A DNA stretch of 63,917 nt, counting the filler, from Rhabdomonas costata (Eukaryota), in NCBI GenBank assembly GCA_019059605.1. It is 43 parts of 43 records of this genome, joined end to end, with 100 filler letters (N's around TTAATTAATTAA, not from the genome) between each part and the next. Parts side by side here need not be neighbours in the genome. Positions count along the whole stretch, not along the records: positions 59,557 to 60,943 come from JAHMHO010017454.1; positions 61,044 to 62,430 come from JAHMHO010017455.1; positions 62,531 to 63,917 come from JAHMHO010017456.1; 40 more parts are not named here. The stretch is one strand, 5' to 3'. The stretch's first letter is position 1; every line of letters begins with the position of its first letter. The translations under genes and the position numbers were made by a program. The notes beneath the pieces were generated by a model, which saw nothing but the letters and a program-made list of their open reading frames with translations, was not told where the DNA came from and did not search any database. Below, in pieces: positions 60,613 to 63,917 of the stretch.

Positions 60613-63600
60613 TGGGGCTATCACACACACGCACACACACTCTCTCTCGGAACACACTGAGAACACGGCTCAACGTGGGGTTACTGAAGAACGGGAGGAA
60701 ATAGCAGGCGACATATGGCGCATCCCTTTGAGGGCCAGAGCAACAGCAAACAGTTACTCACAATTCTGGGTATCATGGTAAATGTTCAAAAGGGTGAAGT
60801 GATGACATTACATCACCGTCTAAACCGCTTCCTGCCAGCCCAGGGTCACCCTGAAGATGTCCGTGATCAGATCACGAATTACTCCTCTCCTCTTTCACCC
60901 AACCAGCTCCAGCCAGCACTGAGACTTTGCATCAAACAAAAACNNNNNNNNNNNNNNNNNNNNNNNNNNNNNNNNNNNNNNNNNNNNTTAATTAATTAAN
61001 NNNNNNNNNNNNNNNNNNNNNNNNNNNNNNNNNNNNNNNNNNNGGGGGGTGGTGCATCATCAACCACTTGGTACTGCGGATGTCTTACTCTCTCGAAAGA
61101 AATCCGGAGTAACAAGTGGTTGATGATGCAGAAAAGGTCAAAACACCAGGGTCTGAATTGGACCGCCCATGTGGTCTCGGTGGTGGTCGCCCTGGTATCC
61201 GTGATCCTGAAGTGATCTCGATGAAACATAGAAACTGTAGGAGAGGTAAGACAGGTCGGTGGTGAGTCGATGAATGGAACATAATGTAAAGGTCAGCGCG
61301 CTGTTAGTATTTGACCAAGTCCTTTGTGGACGATTGGTCGAAGGAGGCCCAGGTTGCCAATGTGGTCTTCGGGGCGTCCACCGTCAGTGTGGGATGGTTC
61401 ATCTCTTGGAGCTTGTGCTAATACTTTTTGAGGGAAACTTCGGGGTGTTTGGCGTGAGCAGTGTAGTTCGACGAAGCCAGGACTAAAAAAGGGGCCGCCT
61501 TATTGACCTTCACGGCTCGGCGTTGCTCGAGAACTTCTTGTGGTCTAGCTCAAAAAACTCACAAAAAAATCCGAAAGAGAATATGTGCAAGTGAATTGAG
61601 CAGAGGGAAAAGAAAAGGAGGGGATCCTGGTGGGCTTCGCAGGGACCGGGAGAAGTCAGTTCTGTGTCCATGGAGTCGTTCAGTTTGGGCTTTGGCTGGG
61701 CACTCGTCGATGTCGGCTTCTTGGGCTTCGAGGTTGACCGCCAGGTTGTCTTGGTCGTCGGTGGTGGCATTACAGATGCCTTCAGATTTCCTCTGTATTG
61801 GCGTTCTTGACGCCTTGTAATTCCAGGTGCATTGGCATTCGCGAGTTTTTTTTGCATTCCCAAAAGTTCTGACAGAGTTACAGAGGCACATATAGTGCCG
61901 AATGCTTCAGTTACCTTGTCGGTAAGCCTTGGTGGCATTAGTCAAATCGGCTCACTACTCGTACTCGTACTCACTACATCGTAAACTCAGTCCTGCAGAC
62001 CGCACCATACCCAGAAAAGATGACCCTCTATCTTTGTTGTCTTTTATTGCCTTTGATTGGGTTTTACCACCCATTTTTCCATTCGTTTCACGTATTGGGT
62101 TGGTTCATCCATCAGGAGCAAGTGGGCACACCAACAGATACATCTTCAAAAGCCTGGGTTTTGTACCGAGTGTGCTCAAGCCGCCCTTCTTCCACTAACG
62201 TCACATTCGTTGGGCCGGGCGAGCTCGGCGAGGGGAAGTGTGTCGATGGGGTTTCCGAATCTTTTGCGGAGGAGGAGCAAGGGGATAGCAAACCAGATCC
62301 TCCAGGAAGAATTGTAGAGATCGAGGAACCGAGAGAGAGACGGAAAAATCCCTTCTTTACCTTCTTTTGACCGAATGCTTGAAAGGTCTGCCCTGGTGGA
62401 TCTGGTTTGCTATCCCCTTGCACCACCCCCNNNNNNNNNNNNNNNNNNNNNNNNNNNNNNNNNNNNNNNNNNNNTTAATTAATTAANNNNNNNNNNNNNN
62501 NNNNNNNNNNNNNNNNNNNNNNNNNNNNNNGGGTTGGTGTGGATAATGATGCGAGGATGCTTTGCTTCAATGTGATGACCAGCTGTCACGAGTGCGATTA
62601 ACTCCGATACGCGAGTCGAAGGGTTTTTCACTGTTGGAGTGGTGTGGACCAAGGCAGCGGTGGCCGTTAGGACCCATTAGGGCTGCTGTGGGTTGAGATG
62701 TCGGAGGGAATGTTGGCGGTGACGTAGTATTTGCCGCGTCACCTCAAAGGTGAGAATTTTGCTTTGCTGTACAAGAAAAGTTTACGATCTCGGACTTCTA
62801 GAACGAAAAAGTGGTGTGAAGCCCTGCTTTTTCGCTGCATAACAGCTCAAAAGGGGCCTTTATCCGTGCATGCGTTCGGCTTTGACCGGGACCTCAGTTT
62901 TGACCTGACGCGGAGCATATCAACTCATTCCATTTTAACTACTTTTTGCTTTGCTTTTTGAGAGTGCTCTTCCAGCATGTTTGCCACGTTTGCTCTTCGC
63001 CGATTTGGCGAGCAGGGCTGCAATGCCCGTCACCTCGGAAGGGGAAGGTTGGGTCCTGGGTGCGAGCTGGCCTCTGCAGGGCACCCAGGATATGCGCACC
63101 GGAGCCGGCTTGTACCCATGGTAGAGGAATCGCACTCGACCTGCGGCCCATCATCAACCACCAAACCCTCCAAAAGGCTCGTTGTCCTTTTCATGGGTAC
63201 GCATATTTGGGGGCTGGATGGGGCCTTCCGGGGGTCCCCCTGGGGGAGGGGGCCTATGAACCCGAATAGGGCAGGCGTATAGGCCGGGTAAATGGGCAAT
63301 GGGGAAGGTATGGCCAATATTCGCCGAAAAACAGCTGAAAACGGCCGAAAGGTGCCTGTTTTACACTTCAGACTGGATCGAAGTTGTGGTTGTCCTTATG
63401 TCATCCATATGACCCATTAGCCATTGGTGGTGGTGGTGATGATGGTGGTATGTACTAATGGGGATCTTTAAAACTAGTCCTTTCGTGATCGTATCAAGGC
63501 TCCGAAAGGTGCTTTTTGTGTTCCTAAAATAATTTGATACGGTTTGAAGTCTTTATCTGCTTCGGTAAGGTTCCAAAACAATTATTAGTGTTTCAGGCCC

Positions 63601-63917
63601 AGTCCGGTAACGTTTTAATCAGCTTGAACAACGGCCACAACCCCTCAGGAACTTAATTGCAAAACGCTTTCGAAAAAACATTTCAAAAAATTGACAGACA
63701 CAAAATAGGTGAAAGGCCCCAACAAAGCTGAAATGGACCCTTTAAGATGCCATCTCACTTGGCGCAGAGATGCCCGTCAAGGCGCCGTTCACCTTGCCCC
63801 ACTCCTGTCGGATGTGCTTGAGTTGCGGCGGGATAGCGTTGATTCGTCCCCCGCTGTCTCGATGCCGACAGCAAGGAGGAGGACGCGGAGGACGAATCAA
63901 CGCTATCCCCCAACCAC

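Overview
This window is not one locus. It is about 43 unrelated contigs of roughly 1.39 kb, joined by 100-nt spacers (N44-TTAATTAATTAA-N44), so adjacency across spacers means nothing. Contig 1 (1-1388) is very AT-rich, intron-less and gene-dense. It carries a GT4 glycosyltransferase converging on a B12-dependent monomeric class II ribonucleotide reductase, with a perfect 13-bp A/T hairpin between them, which suggests a Mimiviridae-like giant virus. The other contigs look like nuclear DNA of an intron-rich protist (euglenozoan-like is only a guess), with short exons, mostly GT-AG introns and many CA/GT microsatellites. Reading exons across splice sites identifies fragments of LSm8, HEATR6, SPT/LCB2, a MAP3K-like kinase, SF3B1, an ABCD transporter, a class III cyclase, P5CR, a metallophosphoesterase, a Sushi/Cys-rich protein, glycerol kinase, PIG-C, RRP45, a response-regulator receiver, an ankyrin repeat and TCF25. 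Most entries in the supplied ORF track are spurious. G/T-only contig starts, C/A-only ends and terminal fold-backs point to whole-genome amplification. The three most notable observations: (1) a ~460-bp array at 58112-58575 of about 10 hairpins built from GNA triloops and tandem sheared G·A pairs that fold only on the minus strand, suggesting an ssDNA-structured element; (2) the class II RNR in a giant-virus-like context; (3) a kinase intron that cannot be GT-AG in the best reading frame. All assignments come from motif recognition by eye; no searches were run.
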